A stretch of DNA of 64,000 nucleotides from an uncultured Actinomycetota bacterium (GCA_963773595.1 CAVZBQ010000003.1:187655-251654); one strand, 5' to 3'. Positions 11,322 through 22,667 are shown, counted from the first letter of the stretch. Notes: generated from the letters alone by a model not told the origin. A program made the numbers and translations.

Positions 11322-11909
11322 ATGCTGCTGTCCGATCGAGATATCCGTGCAGAGATCGCCGCCGGACGGGTGGTCCTCGAGCCCTACGACGACGCGATGG
11401 TGCAACCGTCGAGCATCGACGTGCGGATCGACCGCCTCTTCCGGCTCTTCGACAACCACAAGTACGCGGTGATCGACCCCGCGGAGGAGCAGCCCGACCT
11501 CACCCGCCTCATCGAGGTGCCGCCGGACGAGCCGTTCGTGCTGCACCCCGGTGAGTTCGTCCTCGCCAGCACGTACGAACTGGTCACCCTGCCCGACGAC
11601 ATCGCCGCCCGCCTCGAGGGCAAGTCCTCGCTGGGCCGGCTGGGGCTCCTGACCCACTCGACGGCCGGCTTCATCGACCCCGGCTTCTCCGGACACGTGA
11701 CGCTGGAGCTCTCCAACGTCGCGACCCTGCCGATCAAGCTCTGGCCCGGCATGAAGGTCGGGCAGCTCTGCTTCTTCCGGCTGTCCTCACCGGCGGAGCA
11801 GCCCTACGGCTCCCCCACCCACCAGTCGCGCTACCTGGGCCAGCGCGGCCCGACGGCCAGCCGCTCGTTCCTCAACTTCCACGTCACGAAGCTCCCGGAC
11901 GCCGACTGA
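11322..11909 (+). CDS. dcd: dCTP deaminase
   Basis: [35 protein letters not shown]. Confidence 0.97.
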   Translation: MLLSDRDIRAEIAAGRVVLEPYDDAMVQPSSIDVRIDRLFRLFDNHKYAVIDPAEEQPDLTRLIEVPPDEPFVLHPGEFVLASTYELVTLPDDIAARLEGKSSLGRLGLLTHSTAGFIDPGFSGHVTLELSNVATLPIKLWPGMKVGQLCFFRLSSPAEQPYGSPTHQSRYLGQRGPTASRSFLNFHVTKLPDAD

Positions 11910-11992
11910 CGCCACCACCCTCGCCAGCTCCCTCGCCGCCTCTTGCCGACGTTGCGTCGAGGGTGGTCGGGAAGGCTGGCCGGGAGGCGGGG

Positions 11993-14017
<2,025 letters not shown>

Positions 14018-14036
14018 AGGTCAGGGCACGCAGGCC

Positions 14037-14234
14037 CTATTCCAGCGGCGATGCCGGTGAGTCCGGCGTCGTCGCTGCCGGGGCACCCGTCGGCTTCTCC
14101 TCGAAGTCGATGCGGTTGAGGTTGCGGCGCATGCTCCAGTACAGGAAGCCGATCAGGGCCAGCAGGACGACCACCATCAGCAGCGGCAGCCAGGGCGGCG
14201 TTGCCGGCCCCGGACCTAGATCGAGTAGCACCAT
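14037..14234 (-). CDS. Small single-TM membrane protein downstream of mca
   Basis: 65 aa, hydrophobic helix followed by YWSMRRNLNRIDF; overlaps the mca stop. Confidence 0.75.
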   Translation of the reverse strand: MVLLDLGPGPATPPWLPLLMVVVLLALIGFLYWSMRRNLNRIDFEEKPTGAPAATTPDSPASPLE

Positions 14235-15101
14235 GGGCCAAGGCTAGTCCCGCTCGCGTCCCGCAGCCCCGCGAACAGGTCCGACTCGGGAATCGTCACC
14301 GGCACCGTCGAGCGCACCAGCTCGAAGTCCTCCGTCGGCCAGCCAGCCTTCTGGATCTCCAGCGGCACGGCGAACCACTGGCCGTCCGGGTCGATCTGGG
14401 TGGCGTGCGCGAGCAGTGCGGCGTTCCGCACCTCGAAGAAGTCCGCGCAGGGGATGAACGTCGTCAGCCGGGTCTCGGTCTCGTCGGAGCCCATGTGCTG
14501 CAGCCACTCGGTGTACGGGTTGCCCAGACCGGCCTGATGCATGGCGGCGTCGAGTGCTGCGAACCGTCCCCGGTGCAGCGAGCGGTCGTAGTAGACCTTC
14601 GCCACCCGCCACGGCTCACCGTGCTCCGGCCAGGCCTGCGGGTCGGCGGCGGCGGTGACCGCCGCCATCGAGATCTTGTGGCACATGATGTGGTCGGGGT
14701 GCGGGTAGCCGCCGTTCTCGTCGTACGTCGTCAGCACCTGCGGACGGAACTCGCGGATCACCTTCACCAAGGGCCCGGCAGCCACCTCGGGGTCGAGCAG
14801 CGCGAAGGCCTCCGGCGGCAGTTCTTCCTCACCCTCCGGCATCCCCGAATCGATGTAGCCGAGCCACACCTGCCGGATGCCGAGGATCGCGGCAGCCTTC
14901 TCCATCTCCGCGCGGCGCAACTCAGGCGAGGTTCGCCTCGTTCTCCGGGCTCTCCATCTTCGGGTTCAGGATCGAGCCCCGCTCGCCACCGGTGCAGGTC
15001 GCCACCATCACCTCGACGCCCTGGGCCACGTAGTACGCGGTGGTCGCCGCGCCCTTGCTCGACTCGTCGTCGGGATGGGCGTGGACGTGGAGAAGCTTCA
15101 T
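14216..15101 (-). CDS. mca: Mycothiol S-conjugate amidase (frameshift near 14920)
   Basis: HAHPDDESSKG, TCTGGERG, YDENGGYPHPDHI, AHATQIDP. Confidence 0.93.
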
Positions 15102-15161
15102 GCCCCCCATTCTGGACACCCGTGGCCGTCCGTCCAATCCCGGCGGTGGAGAATGGACGCC

Positions 15162-15561
15162 GTGACCGACGACGCCGCAGCCCGCCTCGCCCGCAGGTAC
15201 CCGCAGCAGCGCACCGGGCGCTGGTGGATCCCGGTGGCCCTCGTCCTTGCCGCTGCCGGCGCGGTTGTGGCTGTACTGGGCCGGCACCTACGGCGCGACC
15301 GGAACGATCACTGCCCGCGTGGACGCCTTCGAGGTGCGCTCCGACACCGCCATCGGTGTCACCGTCACCGTCGACCGGCCCGACCCCTCAGTCGCGGCGG
15401 AGTGCCTGGTCTTCGCGCAGGCCGTGACCTACGACCGGGTCGGCGAGACCCGGGTGCGGGTCGAACCGGGAGGCACGGGCCTCACGACTATCCGGTTGGA
15501 ATTACGCACCTTCAAGCGGGCGACCACTGCTGCGGTGGAGTCCTGCCGTACGGCGGGCTGA
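15162..15561 (+). CDS. DUF4307 family membrane protein (frameshift near 15265)
   Basis: RYP + TM helix + small beta domain with a Cys pair; usual position between mca and greA. Confidence 0.75.
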
Positions 15562-15584
15562 TGGAAGTCGGATAACCTGCAACC

Positions 15585-16089
15585 ATGACCGACTTACCCA
15601 TCACCTGGCTGACCCAGGAGGCGTTCGACCGCCTCACCGCCGAACTTGAGTACCTCAAGTCGGAGGGCAGGACGAAGGTGACGGCAAAGATCGCCCAGGC
15701 CCGCGAGGAGGGTGACCTCAGCGAGAACGGCGGCTACCACGCCGCCCGCGAGGAGCAGGGCCACCAGGAGGCGAGGATCCGCCAGCTGGCAGCGATGCTC
15801 GAGAACGTCCAGGTGGGCGAGGCCCCGGTCGGCGCGGAGGCAGTGACTCCCGGCGCAGAGGTGACCGTCTACTACGACGGCGACAAGAAGGACACCGACA
15901 CGTTCCTGCTCGGCTCGCGCGAGCTGATCGACGTCGACGAGTCGGTCGAGATCGAGGTGTTCTCGCCGCAGTCCCCGATGGGCGCAGCGATCCTCGGGCA
16001 CAAGGTCGGCGACACCGTCGTCCTACCGGGCGCCCAACGGCGGCACGATCAAGGTCACCGTCGCGAAGGTCAAGGCCTTCAGCGCCTGA
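15585..16089 (+). CDS. greA: Transcription elongation factor GreA (frameshift near 16020)
   Basis: WLTQEAFDRL, AREEGDLSENGGYHAA, SPQSPMG; C-terminus YRAPNGG..* in the shifted frame. Confidence 0.95.
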
Positions 16090-16102
16090 CAGTCCGTCCG
16101 AA

Positions 16103-16153
16103 CAGCGGGGACGGTTCCTCCGGTTCAGCTGAACCGGGGAACCGTCCCCGCTG
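16103..16153. terminator. Long near-perfect hairpin, probable bidirectional terminator
   Basis: CAGCGGGGACGGTTCC-tc-CGGTTCA-gc-TGAACCG-GGGAACCGTCCCCGCTG between convergent genes. Confidence 0.8.
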
Positions 16154-16161
16154 TTCGTTGT

Positions 16162-16548
16162 TCAGGCGAGCTGCGCGAGCACTTCCGCGGCCTCCGCCGG
16201 CGACAGCGCGCCGGAGGCCACCTCGCTGAGCACCTGCTCGCGGGTCATGGCCGTGATCGGCTCGGCCTCGCCGGCCAGCCCCAGCTTCATGAGCAGTGCC
16301 GTGAAGCGGGCCCGTGCCGTCGGGTAGGAGACACCGAGGTGCTTCTCCACCTCGCGCAGGTTCCCCCGGGACGCGAGGAAGACCCGCAGCAGTTCGACGT
16401 CCCTCGCCTCAAGGGCGCAGAAGTCGCAGTGACCGAACTCGCCGGCCAGCTCGGAGCCGCAGTTGCGGCAGCCGAGCCGGGTGGTGATCAGGTCACCGCC
16501 GCAGACCGGGCAGTCCGAGGGCGCCCGGTACTTCGGTTCGGTGGTCAC
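16162..16548 (-). CDS. DUF2089 family Zn-ribbon/HTH protein with C-terminal SHOCT-like helix pair
   Basis: CPVCG...C..CG, F..SRGNLREVEKHLGVSYPTARAR, EQVLSEVASGALSPAEAAEVL. Confidence 0.88.
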   Translation of the reverse strand: MTTEPKYRAPSDCPVCGGDLITTRLGCRNCGSELAGEFGHCDFCALEARDVELLRVFLASRGNLREVEKHLGVSYPTARARFTALLMKLGLAGEAEPITAMTREQVLSEVASGALSPAEAAEVLAQLA

Positions 16549-17463
16549 CGCTGGTCCGCATGGGCAGTTGCCGGCCTGGATGTTCGCCCAGCCCATCACC
16601 ACGCCGACGTCGAGGCGTGCCGAGCCGTTGCCGAGCACGACCTCGTCCACCTGGCCGGTGTGCGCACCGCTCCAGCTCACCTTGCCCAGCTGCGCGTCGC
16701 CGTGGACGGTGACGTTGGAGTCATCGGCCAGGTCGATGGTCAGCTGGCCCGACTCCACCCGCACGCGCGAGCGTCCGGTGGTGATGGTGCCCTTCAGGGT
16801 GGCGGAACCCGCCTGCACCAGCACGTCGTTGGCTTCTGCGACGCCGGACAGCTCTGCGCCGCCGGCGGTGACGCGCACCTTGCCCAGGTAGGGCAGGTCG
16901 GTGCAGGTGAGGTGGCCGGCGGTCACCTCGACGTCGACGATGATGGCCGGGTTGATGCGCAGGAACAGCTCCTTGCCGAGGCCCATCGCGCGCAGGTCGT
17001 CGAAGCTGCGGGGCGGACGCAGGATGCTGAAGCCGTCGAGGCTGGGGCCGAGCTCGCCGTCGCTGGTGACCTCGAGGACGGAACCGTTGCGGCGCAGCAC
17101 GTGCGGGCCCTCTGCTGAGGCGGTGGCGACCGTCGGGTCGCCGACGATGCGGACGCGGCGTCCGACGGCGTGCACGGAGATGCGGTCGACACCCTTGCTG
17201 CCGGTCGGGCGGCGGCGTCCGGTGCCGGGCGAGGACGACTCGGGCCCGGGCTGGCCGAACACCTCACGGGCGTACGGCGGGAACTGGCGACGGCCGGCTT
17301 CCTCGTCCTCGGGTTCGTCCTTCAGTTCTTCGTTGGTCGGTTCCGCCGGCTTCGGCTCCGGTGCAGCGGCCTTCAGTTCGTCGATGCGGCGCGCGGCCTC
17401 GGAGGCGTCGATACGGCCGGCGGCCAGGTCCTCAAGGATCGGACCCAGATCAGGAGTGCTCAT
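16545..17463 (-). CDS. SHOCT-like N-terminus + DUF4097 (Toastrack)-like beta-repeat protein
   Basis: ILEDLAAGRIDASEAARRI, then repeated V.V.AG.. strands; in frame with DUF2089 in this assembly. Confidence 0.65.
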
Positions 17464-17482
17464 GCCCCTAGCTTAGGCGCCA

Positions 17483-17510
17483 CTTTCCATAAAGGAAAGC
17501 CCGACTTTCT
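17483..17510. promoter_or_regulatory. Alternating inverted hexamers at 11-bp spacing (candidate operator)
   Basis: CTTTCC(17483)-N5-GGAAAG(17494)-N5-CTTTCT(17505) in an AT-rich promoter. Confidence 0.45.
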
Positions 17511-18621
17511 ATTCTCTAAGTTCTGGCTGCAGTTCGCCATCGAAGCGCGCCGGATCGAGCCCCCGGATGAAGGCCACGCCGAAGGCAAGGACGGGGATCA
17601 CCAGCAGTGCACCGACGATGCCGGCGAGTGTCGCGCCGACGGCGAGACCGATCAGGACGGCCAGCGGGTGCAGCGAAACGGCCCGTCCGAGCAGGATCGG
17701 TTGCAGGAAGTGGCCCTCGGTCTCCATCACAGCGACCGTGATGCCCAGCATGATCAGGGCACTCACCGGGCCGTGCGTGACGAGCGCGAGCGCGCACGCC
17801 ACCGTCCCGGCGAGGACGGCACCGACGACGGGGACGAAGGCCGTCACGAAGGTCAGCGCGAACAGTGCCAGCGGGATCGGGAGTTGCAGGGCGAGCGCGC
17901 CGATCAGGATGCCGACGGCGTCGACCAGGGCAACCAGCACCTGGGCGCGCATGTAGGCGACCAGCGACGCCCACCCGCGCTCGGACGCCCGCGCGGTCGC
18001 TTCCTCGTAGTGGCTCGGCACGAGCTTGGTGGTCGCAGCCCAGATGTGGCGCCCGGAGGCGAGGAAGAAGAAGGCTGCGATCAGGGCGATGGCGAGGCCG
18101 GCGAGGAAGTGGCCGACGCCGACGCCGGCGCGGCCGGCAGCAGCAGCAAGGTCGGCACGCGAGTTGTTCACCCAGTCGGTGATCTGGGCGAGGTAGCCGT
18201 CGAGCTGGGCCTGGTCGATGTGCAGCGGGCCGCTGGCGAGCCAGCTGGAGAGGGTCTTGAACGCCTCCAGCGACTTGGTCCACAGCTCGGGCCACTCCTT
18301 CGCGATCTGGGCACCGACGAGGAGGAAGACGCCGCCGACGACGAGCGCCATGACGAGCAGGCACCCGGCGGCCGCGAGCGCCGGCGGCCAGTTCCAGCGC
18401 CGGAGCAGCCCGTTGAGCGGGCTGAGCAGCGCCGTCAGCAGCACGGCGACGGCGAGCGGGACGGCGACGCCGGAGAAGTACTGCAGCCCCAGCCAGAGCA
18501 GCGCGACGAAGCCGGCGATGACCAGCACGCGCCAGGCCCAGTCGGAGGCGGTCACCAGTCCCTGCGGAACGCGGGATCCCTGGGCGGTCTGGTCGGCACG
18601 GCGCGAGCGGGGAGTGAGCAC
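17509..18621 (-). CDS. AI-2E (PerM) family transporter
   Basis: Multi-TM; AFVPVVGA, EGHFLQPILLGRAVSLHPLAV. Confidence 0.92.
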   Translation of the reverse strand: MLTPRSRRADQTAQGSRVPQGLVTASDWAWRVLVIAGFVALLWLGLQYFSGVAVPLAVAVLLTALLSPLNGLLRRWNWPPALAAAGCLLVMALVVGGVFLLVGAQIAKEWPELWTKSLEAFKTLSSWLASGPLHIDQAQLDGYLAQITDWVNNSRADLAAAAGRAGVGVGHFLAGLAIALIAAFFFLASGRHIWAATTKLVPSHYEEATARASERGWASLVAYMRAQVLVALVDAVGILIGALALQLPIPLALFALTFVTAFVPVVGAVLAGTVACALALVTHGPVSALIMLGITVAVMETEGHFLQPILLGRAVSLHPLAVLIGLAVGATLAGIVGALLVIPVLAFGVAFIRGLDPARFDGELQPELRE

Positions 18622-18704
18622 GCTTCACTGTAGCCAGCGCCATACCGCCGAGACCTCGGGCGGAACCCCGACCCACCCCCTCCTCGCCCCCGGCAACCCT
18701 CCCC

Positions 18705-18762
18705 GCTCCCGATGTGCGCCGTCGCTCCCGGAATTCCGGGAGCAACGGCTCGTTTCGGGAGC
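18705..18762. repeat. Dispersed palindromic repeat, copy 1
   Basis: Perfect 20-bp core GCTCCCGGAATTCCGGGAGC (18724-18743) with outer GCTCCCG/CGGGAGC arms; second copy near 48234-48289. Confidence 0.75.
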
Positions 18763-18810
18763 GAAGGGCAGGGGACGCGGGGTGGCCGGACGGCTACTAG
18801 GGTGGCGCGG

Positions 18811-19486
18811 GTGAGGAAGCCACTGTCCGAGCAGGTCGCAGCAGACTGGGCAGCAGCCCTTGCCCCCGTCGAGCCTGTGATCGCACGGATGGGCGACTTC
18901 CTTCGGGCGGAGCTGGCCGCCGGCCGCGACTACCTTCCCGCAGGGCCGAACGTGCTGCGGGCCTTCACCCGGCCGATGGCCGACGTGAAGGTGCTGGTCG
19001 TCGGCCAGGACCCCTACCCCACCCCCGGCCACGCCGTCGGGCTGTCGTTCTCCGTCGCACCCGACGTGCGACCGCTGCCCGGCAGCCTGCGGAACATCTA
19101 CACAGAACTCCAGTCCGACCTCGGCATCGAGCCCGCGGCCTCCGGTGACCTGACGCCGTGGTTCACCCAGGGGGTGCTGCTGCTGAACCGGGTGCTCACC
19201 GTGCGTCCGGGAGCTGCCGGGCTCGCACCGCGGCAAGGGCTGGGAGGAGGTCACGGAGTGCGCCATCGAGGCGCTCGTCGCCCGCGGCGGTCCGCTGGTG
19301 GCCATCCTGTGGGGACGCGACGCGCAGTCGCTGGCCCCGCGGCTGGCCGGCGTCGCCCAGATCGCCTCCGCGCACCCGTCCCCGTTGTCTGCCTACGCGG
19401 GCTTCTTCGGGTCACGGCCGTTCAGCAGGGCCAACGCAGCGCTCGAGGCTCAGGGCGGCACCCCCGTCGACTGGCGACTCGCGTGA
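18811..19486 (+). CDS. ung: Uracil-DNA glycosylase (frameshift near 19215)
   Basis: VGQDPYP, GLSFSV, QGVLLLN, AILWG, HPSPLSA. Confidence 0.95.
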
Positions 19487-19489
19487 GCT

Positions 19490-19515
19490 GGAATGCCGGG
19501 GACCCCGGCAGCGTT
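19490..19515 (+). promoter_or_regulatory. SigH/SigR-type ECF promoter for msrA
   Basis: GGAAT-N18-GTT, exact consensus spacing, 10 nt before the GTG. Confidence 0.8.
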
Positions 19516-19524
19516 TCCACGAAC

Positions 19525-20160
19525 GTGTTCGGAACCAAGTCACAGATGATCAGCCCCGAGGTCGCCCTGCCCGGAAGGGAGCGCGGCCTGCTCATGGGGC
19601 CCGCCTTCCACGAGGTGCTCGGCACCCGCATCGACCAGGTGCCTGAGGGCGCCGAGGTCGCCTACTTCGCACTCGGGTGTTTCTGGGGTGCGGAGAAGCT
19701 GTTCTGGCAGGTCGACGGCGTCATCACCACGGCGGTCGGCTACCAGGGTGGCTACACGCCCAACCCGACCTATGAGGAGGTGTGCTCCGGTCGCACCGGG
19801 CACGCAGAGACCGTCATGGTCGTGTACGACCCGAAGAAGGTGTCCTACGGCACCCTGCTGAAGGTGTTCCTGGAGAACCACAACCCCACCCAGGGCATGC
19901 GCCAGGGCAATGACAAGGGCACCCAGTACCGCTCTGCGCTCTACGTCACCGACGCCGAGCAGGACGCGGCAGCGCACAGGGCGATCGCCGACTACCAGCC
20001 GGAGCTCTCCGCGGCCGGTTTCGGAGCGATCACCACCGAGGTGCTGCCGGCCGGCCCGTTCTACTACGCCGAGCGCTACCACCAGCAGTACCTCGACAAG
20101 AACCCGAACGGGTACTGCCCGATCCACGCCACCGGCGTGACCTGCCGCGCTGCCGGCTGA
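19525..20160 (+). CDS. msrA: Peptide methionine sulfoxide reductase A
   Basis: [30 protein letters not shown]. Confidence 0.97.
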   Translation: MFGTKSQMISPEVALPGRERGLLMGPAFHEVLGTRIDQVPEGAEVAYFALGCFWGAEKLFWQVDGVITTAVGYQGGYTPNPTYEEVCSGRTGHAETVMVVYDPKKVSYGTLLKVFLENHNPTQGMRQGNDKGTQYRSALYVTDAEQDAAAHRAIADYQPELSAAGFGAITTEVLPAGPFYYAERYHQQYLDKNPNGYCPIHATGVTCRAAG

Positions 20161-20236
20161 GGCAGCAGTGGCGCCGCGACCTTGACCGGTTCTCACCTGT
20201 GCCGGTTAACTGGCCGCGACGCCACCAGAAAGAACC

Positions 20237-21271
20237 ATGAAGCATCCCGAGCAGGACACGGCCCGGCCAACGATGGCCGATGTGAGCCGGGCTGCCGGTG
20301 TGTCCCCGACAACGGTCTCGCTGATCCTGAACGGCCGTGACGGGAAGATCAGCAAGGCGACCCGCGAGCGCGTCCTCGCCACCGTCGCCGATCTCGACTA
20401 CCGGCCGAACCGCGCGGCGCAGAGCCTGCGGCTCGGCAAGACCAGCACCATCGGGTTCCTCACGGACGAGATCGCCATCGAGCCGTTCTCGGGGCCGATG
20501 ATCGCCGGCATCCACGACCTCGCGTGGGAGGAGCGCTCCCTGCTGCTGATGGTGAACACCACCCGCAACCCCACCCGGCTGCGCATGGCGATTCACGACC
20601 TGCTCGACCGCCAGGTGGACGCCCTGATCTTCGCAGCCATGGGCACCCGGCAGGTCGACTTCCCCGACGTCGGCGGCAGCAAGGTGCCGATCCTGCTGGT
20701 CAACGCCTTCACCCCGGACGGGCGCCTGCCCTCGATCCTTCCCGACGAGCTCGCCGGCGGCCGCGCCGCCATCGAGCACGTGCTGGCGATGGGCCACCAG
20801 AGGATCGCCTTCATCGCCGGACGCGAGGGAGCCTGGGCGACCAAGATGCGCATCCAGGGCTACCGCGAGGGACTGGAGGCCGCCGGCCACGACCCAAGCC
20901 GGCACCCGATCTACCTCGGCAACTACCGCATCGACTCCGGCTACGAGCTGACCCTGCGGGTGATGCGCGGCAAGAAGCCGCCGACGGCGCTACTCCTCGG
21001 CAACGACCAGATGGCCACCGGCGCCTACCTCGCCCTCGCCCGGATGGGCGTGCGGATCCCTGACGACGTGTCGGTCGTCGGCTACGACGACGAGCCGATC
21101 GCCGCCGACCTCACACCCGCGCTGACCACCGTCCGCATCCCCTTCTACGAGATGGGACGGATCGCGGCCCAGCACACGCTCGCCGGCACCATCGGGCAGC
21201 TCCCTGCGCGCACCTTCGAGCCCTGCACGATCATCCACCGCTCCTCGACCAACCCGCCGCCCGGCGAGTGA
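20237..21271 (+). CDS. LacI family transcriptional regulator
   Basis: TMADVSRAAGVSPTTVS HTH; SVVGYDD; LTTVR. Confidence 0.95.
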   Translation: MKHPEQDTARPTMADVSRAAGVSPTTVSLILNGRDGKISKATRERVLATVADLDYRPNRAAQSLRLGKTSTIGFLTDEIAIEPFSGPMIAGIHDLAWEERSLLLMVNTTRNPTRLRMAIHDLLDRQVDALIFAAMGTRQVDFPDVGGSKVPILLVNAFTPDGRLPSILPDELAGGRAAIEHVLAMGHQRIAFIAGREGAWATKMRIQGYREGLEAAGHDPSRHPIYLGNYRIDSGYELTLRVMRGKKPPTALLLGNDQMATGAYLALARMGVRIPDDVSVVGYDDEPIAADLTPALTTVRIPFYEMGRIAAQHTLAGTIGQLPARTFEPCTIIHRSSTNPPPGE

Positions 21272-21336
21272 GGGTGGAAGAACAACCGACCCTGTGATGG
21301 TTGGCCGCGGGGCGCGTTCGGGTTAGCCTCGCCCGC

Positions 21337-21612
21337 ATGTGTCGAAACATCCACACCCTGCACAACTTCGAACCGCCGGCCACCAACGACGAAGTGAACG
21401 CCGCTGCCCTGCAGTACGTCCGCAAGGTCGCCGGCACAACGCATCCCTCCCGGGCCAACCAGGAGGCCTTCGATGAGGCGGTGGCAGCGATCGCGCACGC
21501 CACCGAGCACCTGCTCGACCACCTGACCAGCTCTGCCCCGCCGAAGAACCGCGAGGAAGAGGCAGCGAAGGCGCGGGCGAGGGCAGCGACGCGGTACGCG
21601 ACGGTGGGCTGA
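21337..21612 (+). CDS. DUF2277 family protein
   Basis: MCRNIHTLHNFEPPAT..E..AAALQYVRKV. Confidence 0.92.
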   Translation: MCRNIHTLHNFEPPATNDEVNAAALQYVRKVAGTTHPSRANQEAFDEAVAAIAHATEHLLDHLTSSAPPKNREEEAAKARARAATRYATVG

Positions 21613-21710
21613 GCGGAACCGCTGCTGCCCATGGCCGGCGCTACCGGCATCGGACGTCTGGACTGGGTTCCGGCCCGCCACGCTGCGAACCGGAACCCGC
21701 TGCCAGGGGC

Positions 21711-22124
21711 CTAGCCTGCGGCTGCGGCCAGTTTCTCCAGAGCCTGCTCCCACTTGTGGGTGATGGCGCTGGTGTCGAAGTACGAGGGGATGTGCTCGTG
21801 GCGGATCTCCACCTTCGTGCCATCCTCCGCCGCGGAAAGGTCGACCTCGACGATGGTCTTCGGGGCCTCCTCTGCGGCGTGCCAGCTGAAGCGGATCTGC
21901 TCCAGCGGGTGATAGGAGCGGATGACACCGAAGGTGCCGTCCGCAGCGTGCCAGCTGTCGCCCTTGTCACCGAGTTCGCCACCGGCCCCGAGCAGGGCCT
22001 CGGCACCCTCGCGGGTCACCAGCAGTTTCCAGATTTCCTTGACAGGTTGGGACACCGACCGGCTGACAGTGACGGTGGTGTCCACAGGGTTCACGAGAGT
22101 GTCGCCCTGGCTCTGTTCGATCAT
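21711..22124 (-). CDS. SRPBCC (Aha1/START-like) domain protein
   Basis: ..EIWKLL..., IRFSW, T.VEIRHE, W..AL..L pattern. Confidence 0.8.
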   Translation of the reverse strand: MIEQSQGDTLVNPVDTTVTVSRSVSQPVKEIWKLLVTREGAEALLGAGGELGDKGDSWHAADGTFGVIRSYHPLEQIRFSWHAAEEAPKTIVEVDLSAAEDGTKVEIRHEHIPSYFDTSAITHKWEQALEKLAAAAG

Positions 22125-22264
22125 GTAGACCTCGTTCCACTCAGTGGTTCGAACGGCCCCCGGGAGGGGCCGGATACCGACACACTACTCGCGATCAGCC
22201 CCCGTGGAAGGGGGTTCAGAAAGCCGCGACGACGACCTTCTGCTGCCGCTCCGCGTGTCGCTCC

Positions 22265-22378
22265 CCGGGGTTCGGGAGTTGACCCGACAGACTGGTCGCA
22301 GGCCGGACCAGGTATGAGTTGGTCCGGCTTTTCACATCCCCGAACCACCTCTGGCGGTGCAGTTGGGACGGATGTGAA
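22265..22378 (+). ncRNA. Candidate structured RNA module A (strand and 5' end uncertain)
   Basis: GGGTT-CGGGAGTT-GACCC hairpin; 12-bp hairpin with loop GTATGAG followed by a T-run; a further hairpin TTCACATCC...GGATGTGAA. Confidence 0.45.
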
Positions 22379-22464
22379 CGCCTGTGACAGGGCCTGGGAA
22401 AGTCGTCGGAAAATCTTCGGAAAACCACTTGCGCACAACTGCGCCCGGGCGTAGAACTGTCCTA

Positions 22465-22667
22465 CGCCGATGACGGAGCCGGCCCCGAAAGGGAACGGAA
22501 GACCGGATCAGCGGCCGGACAGCAATCGAGGTCCTCAGCCGGCGGAGCAATCCGCAGGAGCCCCCGGACGGGGGGTGGGGCCAGCTGGGCTGCCGGGTTC
22601 GGGAGTCGTTCGACCCGGACGAACCTGAAGGCCGGACCAACTCATACTTGGTCCGGCCTTCGCCTTT
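22465..22667 (+). ncRNA. Candidate ~200-nt sRNA, module B
   Basis: Upstream TTGCGC-N17-TAGAAC; GNRA-capped stems CCC-GAAA-GGG and GCGGA-GCAA-TCCGC; GGGAG-loop hairpin; 14-bp terminator with loop CTCATAC; no credible ORF. Confidence 0.65.

Noticed and set aside
10650-11909. Apparent trhA-dcd fusion ORF (419 aa)
   Set aside because: A frameshift near 11155 joins them; trhA ends at 11307 in another frame and dcd has its own ATG and -10 element.
16162-17463. Single 433-aa DUF4097-like/DUF2089 fusion
   Set aside because: A GTGA start/stop overlap at 16545-16548 suggests two coupled genes fused by an indel; this cannot be settled without polishing.
18712-20160. Apparent ung-msrA fusion ORF (482 aa)
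   Set aside because: The ung C-terminus is in another frame (stop at 19486) and msrA has its own SigH-type promoter.
22204-22317. 37-codon GTG ORF within module A as a type I toxin
   Set aside because: No RBS and not hydrophobic; unsupported without ribosome profiling.
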